Translations under genes and position numbers: made by a program
The notes under the pieces: generated by a model
Databases searched by the model: none
What the model was told of the DNA's origin: nothing
Seen by the model: only the letters and a program-made list of their open reading frames with translations
Virus record (IMG/VR): IMGVR_UViG_3300028591_000125
Source: a virus
Taxonomy: Duplodnaviria; Heunggongvirae; Uroviricota; Caudoviricetes
Reading direction: 5' to 3' (one strand)
DNA length: 47,977 bases
Shown here: positions 37,265 through 46,919 of the stretch, piece by piece
Layout: every line of letters begins with the position of its first letter
How positions within the stretch are numbered: the first letter of the stretch is position 1

Positions 37265-40200
37265 ATTCTATATCTATTATTATTTCTTTTTGTATGTCCG
37301 TAAATTCTAGTTCGTAATAAACTTGATCACCAAAAGAGTAATGATGATTTAGTTTTCTGGCTATGCATGTAGAATAATATCCATTTTCAGTTTGTTCCAT
37401 AGTATTTTTTGATTCTGTTTCTTCTCCTAAGTTAGAAGGCATCACAATACTATCATAAGCTAAGTGTGGATCCTCAATATTAGCATCTTCTACACTAGGA
37501 TACATATAAACTTTGATATTCTGATTTTCCATTTCTTCTCTTGGATAGAATCTGAAATAACCCGTATCACCAAAACTATACTCTATCATATTATCTTCAA
37601 GCTCAAATTCTTCTAATCCTATAACACAATTTATTCTTAAAGCTACTTTCTCTATATAAAAAGTATAAGTAACCTCTGAGAAATTTACATTGTCTTGAGC
37701 TATACCATCTTCAATATCTAAGAAACCAGTTACAGTCTCCCCATATTCATTCTTCCTAGTATAACCAACTTTACTTAGTCTGCATTTCTCTAATGAATCT
37801 CCATATAAATCCTGTATCTTCATCTTTAAGGTATTATCTCTTAAAGCAGGTATTACAGATGAACTTATATTTCCTTCTGAATCGACTGGTAAAATACTAT
37901 AATTATCACTGTTATAAGAACCGGATATATAAATAGTCTCTCCATACTTCTCTATTCTTCCTGTATATGCTTCTGGTCTCAACGAATCACTAAACATAAC
38001 AAGTATCTTCATTAGTAAATTACGCCCTATAAAGTTAAAGATTAGCTTCCTTGATCTCTCTAACTCTTCCCATGCACCACTTCTTACTACTACTACATTA
38101 TCGTCATATATATCATAAAATCCCTCACTTAAAGGATTACCATATTCACTAGAACATGGATTTTCTGTATCTAATGCCCAACCTAAATAAGGCCTTATAT
38201 TAAACGCTATACTCCTTACATTTCTTCCTATTACTACATTATTACCTCCAGGAATTATACTACCCGAATTACTTGGATTGGCTAAAATACTTATCCTGGT
38301 TGTATGAAAATTATCTGCGGAAGAAACAGGTATCCATTGCTTACTATAATCAGGCTGGTTCCCTATATTATCTTTACATAAACTCTCCCAAACCTGTGAA
38401 TTATATAAAACACGCTCACCTAAATTATAAATACAGAAAGGAGAATAAATAGGATAGACTTCTTCCCAATACTCTGAATCTTCTCTCGGTTCTGAATCTA
38501 TCTGATAATACGAATACCAGGTTCCATCTTTATAAGTATATGCATTACCGTCTTCTGTTTCATAATAATAACTTTCATCTATTTCTGAAGGTAAGTATCC
38601 TAGTTTAGTTGCATATACTCCCCAGTCAGCGTTCTCGTATTCATCTAAGAGGTTTTGATTTATGTAAGTAGTTGGGTCTGAATTATTAGAGTATGGTTGA
38701 TAAGATAAACACTCACTATCCCATCCTGAAGTACCATATCCAAATAAATCTATCCAACCATTATAAGAAGGAGAGGCGTTAACATTATCTTCTCCTATGT
38801 AAGAATATTGAGTTGGTGCAAACCTCCAAGTACTATTTAAACAGTGGTATTGTAAATTTCCTTTAGCAATTAAACATTTTCTTCCTTGTCCTATACTAAA
38901 TAATCCATCCTCATTATTATCTGAAACCGGACGAACACAAAAACCACTACTTTTCTCTCCTATGTGATTCTGAAAACTCGAGAATAAACAAAATACAAAA
39001 GAACTTCCTTGATTATTATTTGTAGTAGTCCAATAACAAGCACTATCACCAACATCCATAACTCTTTGTCCATATCTTTTCCATCCGGCTGCAGGTAAAA
39101 ATATACAACCAAGATTTTCAAATATGCTAAATTGGGATTCATCTAAACTAAATAATTCTGCTCTCTCACCTGGATTATTTATAAGTGGCGGTTCTATTAT
39201 AAATCCGGCAGGCTCTTCAAATACATCTGGAAGAATCATAACGCCCTTTACATCATTTACAGTACAATTAAAAAATCTCGCATTGTCAACTCCTTCTACT
39301 GTACTTGCCTCTCTTTGTTGTAATAGATAAACTAGTTCGTCATATTCTAGTGTTCTCCATCCCTTTCTTACCACTTCTATATCATCAAAACTAGGAGAAA
39401 CACCACCAAGATCTAAACTTTCCCAATCTATGTCTTGAGAATAGGCCGGAATTAATTCAGCCGTTTTCCAAGTCTTTCCTTTATATCTGACTTTATCTCC
39501 TGGCTGATAAGTTTGGTCGGCCTGGTAATAAGACAAACCAAATTTCCTCAGTTTTTTTGTTAAGATTGGGTGCGTGTCTATTTTTTCCGTGCTTAAGATA
39601 GTGTTTGATCTGTCGTCTAGTAGTATTTTTCCTTTTTCTGATACAACTCCCATACTATCTTTTGTTCCATAGTATTCGTCGTTTCTAAGGGTATATTCGT
39701 TTTTATTTCTGAACGGCATTACTTTATCCCTTACCACAAGACCATAAGATATATTAATTGTTTCTCCTATATTGTTTTCAGTTAATATAATCCATACTAC
39801 TTTACTACACTCACTATCTATTTCGTCTAAGGATTTTACATATACTTTCTGACTAACCTCTTCTACGTTTTCTTCAGGTTTTGTGTTTTCTATGTAATTC
39901 CCCGCTTCTGTTTGTTCCCATTCAAATTCAGGACCAAAGTATATCGATAAGCTAGGTTTTTTCTCTAAGTCTTGATCATATAAAACTCGGTAATCATAAT
40001 CTTCTACTCTATCATCAACAATCACCGAATCATATAACTCTACTTTTCTTATATCTCCAGGCACATTTAAAAGATATAGTGTTTTGTCTCCTATCTGTGT
40101 CGATCCAAAAAAACTATTTCTGAATTCTATAAAACTAGTATCTTCATTCTCGCTTTTTGAATCAGTCGGGAATAATACGTTTTCTAGGGCACTTAACGAC

Positions 40201-41345
40201 TCTGAATTATAACAAGCACATTCATCATCCTCCCTCCAATTCGTTTCCCCTCCTGATATTACTTTATAGGACCTTTCATCTAGTCTCTGTATCTTCAAGT
40301 CTCTGTTAAACGGGTACTTTGAAACTAAGAAACTAAAATCATATTCCGCAAAATTATCAAGAACTGTAGAACCTGGAATATTTACTAAGTTTTCCTGTGA
40401 GCCATGATACTTTATTTCATTGCTCTTATAATTCCCACTTTGATCATCTGTATCTGTCCAGTCTAAATAAATCCTGGTAAATATGAGAGAATTTAAGTAA
40501 GCATAATACCTGTCATTATCAATCCCGTAGTATTTGTTCTGGTTCTTGAATTTGGCATATAAGTAATCGTAGACATCAAAAACTAGTCGAGATTCTGAAA
40601 AACTAGAATAAATATAGTACTCGTTTTCTTCTGTTTTGTAATAAAGATAAGAAGGAAATACAAAACTACCCATATCTAAAGGCAACCAATAAAAATAACT
40701 ACCTCCTTCTTTTTCTATTCTCTCTATTTTAAAACTAGAACCCGAATAATCGTATCTGTAATTCTCTTTTATGTATACTTCCCAATTATTCGATCCCTCG
40801 GCCGGCTCTGAATCATTATCTTCATTACCTATTTTCTTCCATATAGCCCCATTATGATAAACTAGTGTACCCTCTGAATAATATACGTCATCATCCCAGG
40901 TTTCTATTAATTCTATGGGCGACTCTATGAAATTCTCTAAGCTTATTATTGGTGTAGGCGGATTTAAACTCTCTGACTCTATAAAAGCATAAAGGTCTGA
41001 TACTGTGTTCGTCTCTATTCTCCCTCCACATTTTAAATCCCTGCCTACTATTCTTGGATCTCTTAAATATACAATCTCCCGCCCTGTATTACTAACTTCT
41101 ATACCATACTCTAAACCCCTCCATGTCGAAGTAAAACTAATCTCACTATCTATACCCTCTATTTGCTCTAGTTCGTATGGGTTTCCTAGGTCTGTCTGCA
41201 TCTCTACCGACTCACCTTTATCATAGTCGACGGGAATCTCAGCTGTATATGACCACGAAGGAAGAAATTTACTATCTTGACCCTTCGGAAAATAAACAGC
41301 TGTACTTATCGTCGAAAGATCTGTGCTATTAATTACTAACTTCAT
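37248..41345 (-). CDS. Large tail/baseplate protein with CBM5/12-like repeats and one permuted lectin-like domain
   Basis: 1365 aa; WDDDVYYSEGTLVYHNGAIW, YQPGDKVRYKGKTW and YNLGERVLYNSQVW; WRTLEYDEL...GNLQY...WIDLFGYGTSGW. Confidence 0.7.
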   Translation of the reverse strand: MKLVINSTDLSTISTAVYFPKGQDSKFLPSWSYTAEIPVDYDKGESVEMQTDLGNPYELEQIEGIDSEISFTSTWRGLEYGIEVSNTGREIVYLRDPRIVGRDLKCGGRIETNTVSDLYAFIESESLNPPTPIISLENFIESPIELIETWDDDVYYSEGTLVYHNGAIWKKIGNEDNDSEPAEGSNNWEVYIKENYRYDYSGSSFKIERIEKEGGSYFYWLPLDMGSFVFPSYLYYKTEENEYYIYSSFSESRLVFDVYDYLYAKFKNQNKYYGIDNDRYYAYLNSLIFTRIYLDWTDTDDQSGNYKSNEIKYHGSQENLVNIPGSTVLDNFAEYDFSFLVSKYPFNRDLKIQRLDERSYKVISGGETNWREDDECACYNSESLSALENVLFPTDSKSENEDTSFIEFRNSFFGSTQIGDKTLYLLNVPGDIRKVELYDSVIVDDRVEDYDYRVLYDQDLEKKPSLSIYFGPEFEWEQTEAGNYIENTKPEENVEEVSQKVYVKSLDEIDSECSKVVWIILTENNIGETINISYGLVVRDKVMPFRNKNEYTLRNDEYYGTKDSMGVVSEKGKILLDDRSNTILSTEKIDTHPILTKKLRKFGLSYYQADQTYQPGDKVRYKGKTWKTAELIPAYSQDIDWESLDLGGVSPSFDDIEVVRKGWRTLEYDELVYLLQQREASTVEGVDNARFFNCTVNDVKGVMILPDVFEEPAGFIIEPPLINNPGERAELFSLDESQFSIFENLGCIFLPAAGWKRYGQRVMDVGDSACYWTTTNNNQGSSFVFCLFSSFQNHIGEKSSGFCVRPVSDNNEDGLFSIGQGRKCLIAKGNLQYHCLNSTWRFAPTQYSYIGEDNVNASPSYNGWIDLFGYGTSGWDSECLSYQPYSNNSDPTTYINQNLLDEYENADWGVYATKLGYLPSEIDESYYYETEDGNAYTYKDGTWYSYYQIDSEPREDSEYWEEVYPIYSPFCIYNLGERVLYNSQVWESLCKDNIGNQPDYSKQWIPVSSADNFHTTRISILANPSNSGSIIPGGNNVVIGRNVRSIAFNIRPYLGWALDTENPCSSEYGNPLSEGFYDIYDDNVVVVRSGAWEELERSRKLIFNFIGRNLLMKILVMFSDSLRPEAYTGRIEKYGETIYISGSYNSDNYSILPVDSEGNISSSVIPALRDNTLKMKIQDLYGDSLEKCRLSKVGYTRKNEYGETVTGFLDIEDGIAQDNVNFSEVTYTFYIEKVALRINCVIGLEEFELEDNMIEYSFGDTGYFRFYPREEMENQNIKVYMYPSVEDANIEDPHLAYDSIVMPSNLGEETESKNTMEQTENGYYSTCIARKLNHHYSFGDQVYYELEFTDIQKEIIIDIEYETQQ

Positions 41346-41910
41346 TTATATCTTCCTCCTCTATATTAAATTTCTTGTAACATACTAATCCGGCTACTAT
41401 AAAATTGGCTATCTCATCTTTTATCTCCATCTCTATCTCTATGTTCGTCTTTATATCCTCAAACACAAGAAGAGCATCAAAGAATTTAATTAGTGAAGTA
41501 TAAAATAACTCCCCATCTGTAACAACCAAATTATTAAACCGAACTTCTATATGCCTACCATCATAACGTCCATATCTACCCGGCTCTAACTCTATTAAAT
41601 GTAAAAAATCATCTAAGAACTCATGCATATAATCAAATACTTTCCTAGTCCCCTTTACACAATAGAAAAGATGGGTTATGTAGTTTACGATGTTTATATA
41701 TGTCTCTTCACTTATATTCCCGCTACTTAAGTTGTCAGATAAACACATATTAACAAAATACTTTACGGGATCTCTCTTTAATGACTCCCGATATGCACTA
41801 AAACTCGATTCATTTCCCCCTTTGTATAAATTAGCAAAAATTTCATACATACTGGATAATTGAGATAATACGGGTATATCTCTTAAGTACTGTGGAATAT
41901 ATATTTTCAT
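41329..41910 (-). CDS. Putative baseplate wedge/tail protein I-like subunit
   Basis: Follows the gp6-like gene; HLFYCVKGTRKVFDYM resembles the KGT motif of gp7/gpI-type proteins. Confidence 0.5.
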   Translation of the reverse strand: MKIYIPQYLRDIPVLSQLSSMYEIFANLYKGGNESSFSAYRESLKRDPVKYFVNMCLSDNLSSGNISEETYINIVNYITHLFYCVKGTRKVFDYMHEFLDDFLHLIELEPGRYGRYDGRHIEVRFNNLVVTDGELFYTSLIKFFDALLVFEDIKTNIEIEMEIKDEIANFIVAGLVCYKKFNIEEEDINEVSN

Positions 41911-43379
41911 GATTTTGTCGTAACTGTTGTATTTATGTCGTAATCAATGTCAAAATATACACCCTCTAAATTAACATTATCAAGAGTAGAAATTAATTCA
42001 CCACTCTGAGGATTTATATACGTGACATCTAATTTACTTACCTCTTTTACTTCTGATATCTTCGAAATTAATGACCTTATCGTATTAATCTCACCCCTTA
42101 TATCGATGTCAAACTTATTTCCATACGTCGATATTATATTCACAACATCTAAGGCTATGGTATCAGAATTTTTATATAGTTCAAGGTCTATATTAAATAA
42201 CGCCCTTATCTTCGTTCCCTTTATAGGCCATATCTTCTTCGTTACATAATAAGCTCCCCTAGTATTTCTGAACTCATTTATCTCATCTTCAGTAAGCTCA
42301 TTATTCTCTTCTTGGGGTATGTAATAAATAATAATATCATACTCTTCAGGCGTACTAAAATCAAACTTATAACTGGTCGCTAATACCTTTTCTGGATACT
42401 CCTCCCGCAATAACTCCCCTATATCTGAATTTGACCTTATTATAGTATTTACAAACCTATCTCTGTATGCTTTGTAATGTATCGTGTTTAAGTCATCCGA
42501 TTTCGTCTCATTTAAAAACACAACACCAGGAATAAACTCATCTATTCCATTCCACTTATTATCTTCAAACTCTACTAACTCGGATCCCCTTATATTTATC
42601 TTCTTTAACTCGGACGTATTATAACTGGACATCTGAGAATATTTGAAATAAGTGGCATTAATTACAGTACTAGGATCCATCTTCCCTGTATAAAGCCTAG
42701 ATCCAAATGAAGGTAAGGTAAGATCAAATAAAGCACCATCTAGAACATGCTTTGCAAACTCTCTGGTAACTTCTATAGCTTCCATATTGTTGTTCTTGGA
42801 CGCATACATATCATTACTTAGGTTATTCTCTGTACAATCAACATAATAAAGATTGTCATTGTCTAAAGTCCACGTCATAGATATAGTACCAGGAGCTAAG
42901 AGACCTATTACAGTCAATTCCTCATCATCAGCAGGATTAACAACTTTACTACCATAATGATAATCGTAGTCATTTGATCCTAGGTTTAATGATACTACAC
43001 CCTCCCCCGTACTCTCTGTTAAAATTTTTCCAGATCCAGGCTCAACCCAACCAAGATAGTAAATCCTGAAATTATTACTACTTACTATCTCATCAAAAGG
43101 CTGAAAATTAAAATACTTCTGGGGACGTATGTTTATTAATACTCGAGGACATTGACCCCTATAAACTGAATACATCTCATTAACACATAATTGAATCTTT
43201 GAATTAATTAAAGATGCACGTTCGAGAGACGATTCCTGAGAGTAAACTATATTCTCATTCTCCTCTATATAAGACGCATAACTTAAAAGCTGGATTATCA
43301 TTTCTACACTATCTCCCTGCAAATTTAAGTTCGTCGCTATCTCTCTGTATATGTTTTTATAATCTTGTAACGTTCTCAT
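41907..43379 (-). CDS. Putative baseplate wedge protein (T4 gp6/baseplate J-like)
   Basis: N-terminus LQGDSVEMIIQLLSYASY...SSLERA; 490 aa; follows the gp25-like gene. Confidence 0.6.
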   Translation of the reverse strand: MRTLQDYKNIYREIATNLNLQGDSVEMIIQLLSYASYIEENENIVYSQESSLERASLINSKIQLCVNEMYSVYRGQCPRVLINIRPQKYFNFQPFDEIVSSNNFRIYYLGWVEPGSGKILTESTGEGVVSLNLGSNDYDYHYGSKVVNPADDEELTVIGLLAPGTISMTWTLDNDNLYYVDCTENNLSNDMYASKNNNMEAIEVTREFAKHVLDGALFDLTLPSFGSRLYTGKMDPSTVINATYFKYSQMSSYNTSELKKINIRGSELVEFEDNKWNGIDEFIPGVVFLNETKSDDLNTIHYKAYRDRFVNTIIRSNSDIGELLREEYPEKVLATSYKFDFSTPEEYDIIIYYIPQEENNELTEDEINEFRNTRGAYYVTKKIWPIKGTKIRALFNIDLELYKNSDTIALDVVNIISTYGNKFDIDIRGEINTIRSLISKISEVKEVSKLDVTYINPQSGELISTLDNVNLEGVYFDIDYDINTTVTTKS

Positions 43380-43717
43380 TCGTCATATAAATTAATTTCT
43401 ATAGTATCAGTCGCTCTATTATTGACCGTTATTACTACTTTCGCTAGTGTCTCATCTATTATTTCTATGGAGTCTAAACTAATATTTACACCTCCATTAT
43501 ACCTCTCATTTAACTTCTGTACTAGCTCCGATAACTTACTAGATACAAAACTGGGTATATCTGCTTTCCTAGTGTCTCCTAAGTTAAAATCAAAACCTAA
43601 CTTGGAAATCCCTGGTATGTCTCCTGGATAAATCTTTAAGTACAATTTAAACTCATCTATTATGTACTCCTCAAATTTATCAGTAGCTTTCCCAGATGAT
43701 AATAAATATTTTAACAT
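43376..43717 (-). CDS. Putative gp25-like baseplate wedge subunit
   Basis: 113 aa; YPGDIPGISKLGFDF matches the gp25-family PGE..P.FG pattern; gene order fits. Confidence 0.55.
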   Translation of the reverse strand: MLKYLLSSGKATDKFEEYIIDEFKLYLKIYPGDIPGISKLGFDFNLGDTRKADIPSFVSSKLSELVQKLNERYNGGVNISLDSIEIIDETLAKVVITVNNRATDTIEINLYDE

Positions 43718-43783
43718 CTCTCTCTTATGTATTAAACGAAAAAGAAAGTTTGAAATTATATAAAAATCTCAAACTCTCCCTCT

Positions 43784-44809
43784 CTATATTATTTTCTTTT
43801 CTAGTATTTCATATCCTTTATCTCTTTTTCCAGTATCTATATTTCTTATATCAACAGTTTTAATAGTGAAATATTCTCCTAAGTCTACTGCTTTGGGTGT
43901 TTTCTTATAACCTACCTTTTCATATAGGGCTTTTAATCTCTTTTTGGCTAAGTTTTTTGATACTCTTTCGCCAATCTTAAACTCATTTTGTATCTCTTTT
44001 CCTATATCTATTCCTTGATTCCCTATTATCCCTTCATATTCTTTCTTCATATCAGTGGAATTAAAACTAAGGGCTTTCATTTTTTCTGGTCCTAAAACAG
44101 TACAGAAATTAATAAAGTAGGAAGGAAGATACATTAGACTGGCTTTTATAGTATCTAAGCCTAAGGAACAAAGACTTTCATATCTTTCTTTAAGTTTTTG
44201 TTTACTTAATATTTCTTTAGTCGCTTCTAATATATTATCTTCTATACTAAAATCAATTATTAACCCATACTCTTTTTCAATATACTCTTCTAGGTTTTTG
44301 TTATAGTTATTATATAGAGACTTTGAAATAGATTTAAATAACTCATCGTCTATAATTTCAAATTTCCCTAGTGTTTTTAAATGATTTTTGGATATTATTT
44401 TATTGGTTAAGTAGTTTACCTTTATACTAACCTCTATATTTGATTTTAATTTACCAATCTCCCTTATTTCTCTTCTAGAATAATACGGTTTAACTATTAT
44501 TTCTTGTAATGACTCTTTTGTTTTATGTGTTTCAAAAAAGTCTAATATTCTCTGATCATACTTAAACCACTCTTTTCCAAAACCTACTTCTCTTAGGTCT
44601 TTGAAATAGATATGTAAGTTTCTCTCATCTATTAGATCTCCACCCTCAATTAAATATAATACTTTTGATGATGGGTTTTCTGTAATGTAACAATCAAATC
44701 TACTTTTTCTAGATTCCTCTCCTGTATATCCAATCTTTAAAATTGATTTATATCCTTTACTTATATCGTCTTTATCTACAAAACTTGGACTTAATATTAA
44801 ATATATCAT
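43784..44809 (-). CDS. GIY-YIG superfamily (T5orf172/MUG113-like) nuclease with a C-terminal domain shared with the adjacent helicase
   Basis: IYLI...LKIGYT...R...TENP...ERNLH..F...GKEWF motifs. Confidence 0.75.
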   Translation of the reverse strand: MIYLILSPSFVDKDDISKGYKSILKIGYTGEESRKSRFDCYITENPSSKVLYLIEGGDLIDERNLHIYFKDLREVGFGKEWFKYDQRILDFFETHKTKESLQEIIVKPYYSRREIREIGKLKSNIEVSIKVNYLTNKIISKNHLKTLGKFEIIDDELFKSISKSLYNNYNKNLEEYIEKEYGLIIDFSIEDNILEATKEILSKQKLKERYESLCSLGLDTIKASLMYLPSYFINFCTVLGPEKMKALSFNSTDMKKEYEGIIGNQGIDIGKEIQNEFKIGERVSKNLAKKRLKALYEKVGYKKTPKAVDLGEYFTIKTVDIRNIDTGKRDKGYEILEKKII

Positions 44810-44814
44810 ACGTA

Positions 44815-46836
44815 TTATTCTTTTTTAGATACAATTAAATAACCTGCATCTCGTTTCCCGGTTTCTTCATTATTTATTCTACATGTATTTAATATAAAAT
44901 AATCACTTAAATCGACAGCTTTTGGAGTCTTTTTATATCCAACCTCAGAATATAATGTTCCTAATTTATTCTTTATATATGTTTTTGTATATTTTTCTCC
45001 AATTCTAAACGATTCATATATTTTTGATCCTATATCTATATTCTGATTACCTATTATTCCTTCGTACTCCTTTCTCATATCTGTTGCATTAAATCCTAGT
45101 GCTTTCATTCTTGTGGGACCTAGAACAACATAATAATTAGTGAAAGATTCTGGTAATTGAGGTAGGCATAATTTAACTGTTTCTGGATCAAGTGAGCAAA
45201 GATATCTATACCTATCTGATAGCTTCTGAATACCGTAAATAGTATCTAAGACAGCATTAACATCAAAAACCTCATGTCCGGCTTCAGCTAGGGAATTGAA
45301 TACAGAAAATCTATCTTTATAATCGGTTTGCTGGATTTCAAAAGCTCTCATCTCGGCTATCATCACAAGCTTATTAAAGATAGGAACTAAGTCGGATCCG
45401 GCATGCTCATCTACAGCTACAAAATTTCCTTTGTATTTTTCCATATGAGCTATTTTTTGATATGCTTCAGCTAAATTGTGCTTATCTGAACTATCTACTG
45501 TATTATATGCATTTAATAAACTTTCCGTCTTTTTCTTTTTTATTTCTAAGTAATTATTAAAATCTTCTTCTGATAATTCCTTAGTATTAAGCTTATAGTA
45601 AAGTTCTGCTCTGTTCTTCCAGGGGTTTTCATTTAATCTCTGTCGGCCGAGTATCTGTGGTAGGTCTAGAGTAATATCCACAGAAAGACAGTCAATATTA
45701 GCATCAGAGAATATAAAAGATCTGGCACTTGTAGAGTAAAAGTCAGCCCCCAAATAAACGGTTCTGGTACATAGAGTGAACATCTTATGAGTCTCTCCTT
45801 GTTTCGGAACTTTACCTATATATTTTTGAGACCTTGGAAGCGTCTTGTCTACCGTTCTGAATGCATCTCTTATCTTCTTTTCATTCCTTTCATCATCAGA
45901 ACACAAGATATTCACTTCCTCGGGCTTTAATTCACACTTCTTTATTATCTCTGTTATGTTTTTTATCGAGTTGACATAAATAACGGCTTCTTTACTGTAA
46001 ACTATCTCAAATAATCCATCATCTCCTTTTCTCGTAATCTTCTCAAAATCTCCAGACCTATATTCCTCTACTATTCTCCTAACCTCTTCTACAATTCCTC
46101 TTGTACATAATTTGGTCTTGAGGTAGGGAGTAACAACACGACTTGGATCTTCTGTAGACCAATCAAGTTCATAATAAGGTAGATCTTTAAATTCGTCTAG
46201 TTCTTCAAGATATTTGTCCATCATAGGAGTGGCAGAAAGATAAACTACATTCTTGACTTTCTGAAGATTATTTAAGAAGGTGTTTTCGGTGTCTGACTTG
46301 AATCGTGCATCTGTAAACATCGACTGGAATTCATCCACCACAACAGTAAACGTATCTAGAATAGTTTCCCCTAAGGCTTCTCTAATTCGCCTAAAAGAAT
46401 CATAAGTTACTAGATATTTACACGGAAGTCCTTTAATAGCACACATTGTTCTATGATGTATTATCTTTTGTCTGACTTCCTCTGAATATAACTTGGATTT
46501 CGTTATCTCTTCTTCTGTTTCTACCTTCGTTTTTACTAAGGATTTATCATCTTTTGAAATATCTTTATCAAAAGGTTGAAAAGTTGAATATTCATCTCTA
46601 AGGTAAAGGACATTCTCCTCCGATGAATGTTGATCTGATTTGTTTTCTAGGAGTACCTTTCTTGGGGAACAAATTATAACAGGTTTATCATTAGTAATAC
46701 AGTATTCAGTATATCCACAACCAGTTATAGTCTTGTTCATAATATAATGAATTCCTTCTGGTAATTGATCTTCAAGTTCTTTCCATTCACTAATGAATCT
46801 AATTCCTTTTGGTACAATAATAACTTCTTTTTTCAT
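44815..46836 (-). CDS. Superfamily 2 helicase-like protein with a degenerate Walker A motif
   Basis: Motif I TGCGYT, II VVDEFQ, III LSATP, IV AVIYVNS, V TRTVYLGADF, VI QILGRQR. Confidence 0.8.
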   Translation of the reverse strand: MKKEVIIVPKGIRFISEWKELEDQLPEGIHYIMNKTITGCGYTEYCITNDKPVIICSPRKVLLENKSDQHSSEENVLYLRDEYSTFQPFDKDISKDDKSLVKTKVETEEEITKSKLYSEEVRQKIIHHRTMCAIKGLPCKYLVTYDSFRRIREALGETILDTFTVVVDEFQSMFTDARFKSDTENTFLNNLQKVKNVVYLSATPMMDKYLEELDEFKDLPYYELDWSTEDPSRVVTPYLKTKLCTRGIVEEVRRIVEEYRSGDFEKITRKGDDGLFEIVYSKEAVIYVNSIKNITEIIKKCELKPEEVNILCSDDERNEKKIRDAFRTVDKTLPRSQKYIGKVPKQGETHKMFTLCTRTVYLGADFYSTSARSFIFSDANIDCLSVDITLDLPQILGRQRLNENPWKNRAELYYKLNTKELSEEDFNNYLEIKKKKTESLLNAYNTVDSSDKHNLAEAYQKIAHMEKYKGNFVAVDEHAGSDLVPIFNKLVMIAEMRAFEIQQTDYKDRFSVFNSLAEAGHEVFDVNAVLDTIYGIQKLSDRYRYLCSLDPETVKLCLPQLPESFTNYYVVLGPTRMKALGFNATDMRKEYEGIIGNQNIDIGSKIYESFRIGEKYTKTYIKNKLGTLYSEVGYKKTPKAVDLSDYFILNTCRINNEETGKRDAGYLIVSKKE

Positions 46837-46919
46837 AATCCACTTCTTTTTAAAAATTAATCAGCTTTAATGCTGAATCCACTTAAAACAAAGGAGAAAA
46901 TGCATAGCATTTCCTCTCA

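Noticed and set aside
9962-42249. Numerous 60-120-aa plus-strand ORFs opposite the structural genes (e.g. 11296, 13546, 16710, 20786, 21995, 27696, 36486, 41005, 42022) and short off-frame minus ORFs (17668, 21946, 38960)
   Set aside because: They are fully nested in long, well-formed genes and have no motifs or expression signals; they are shadow ORFs.
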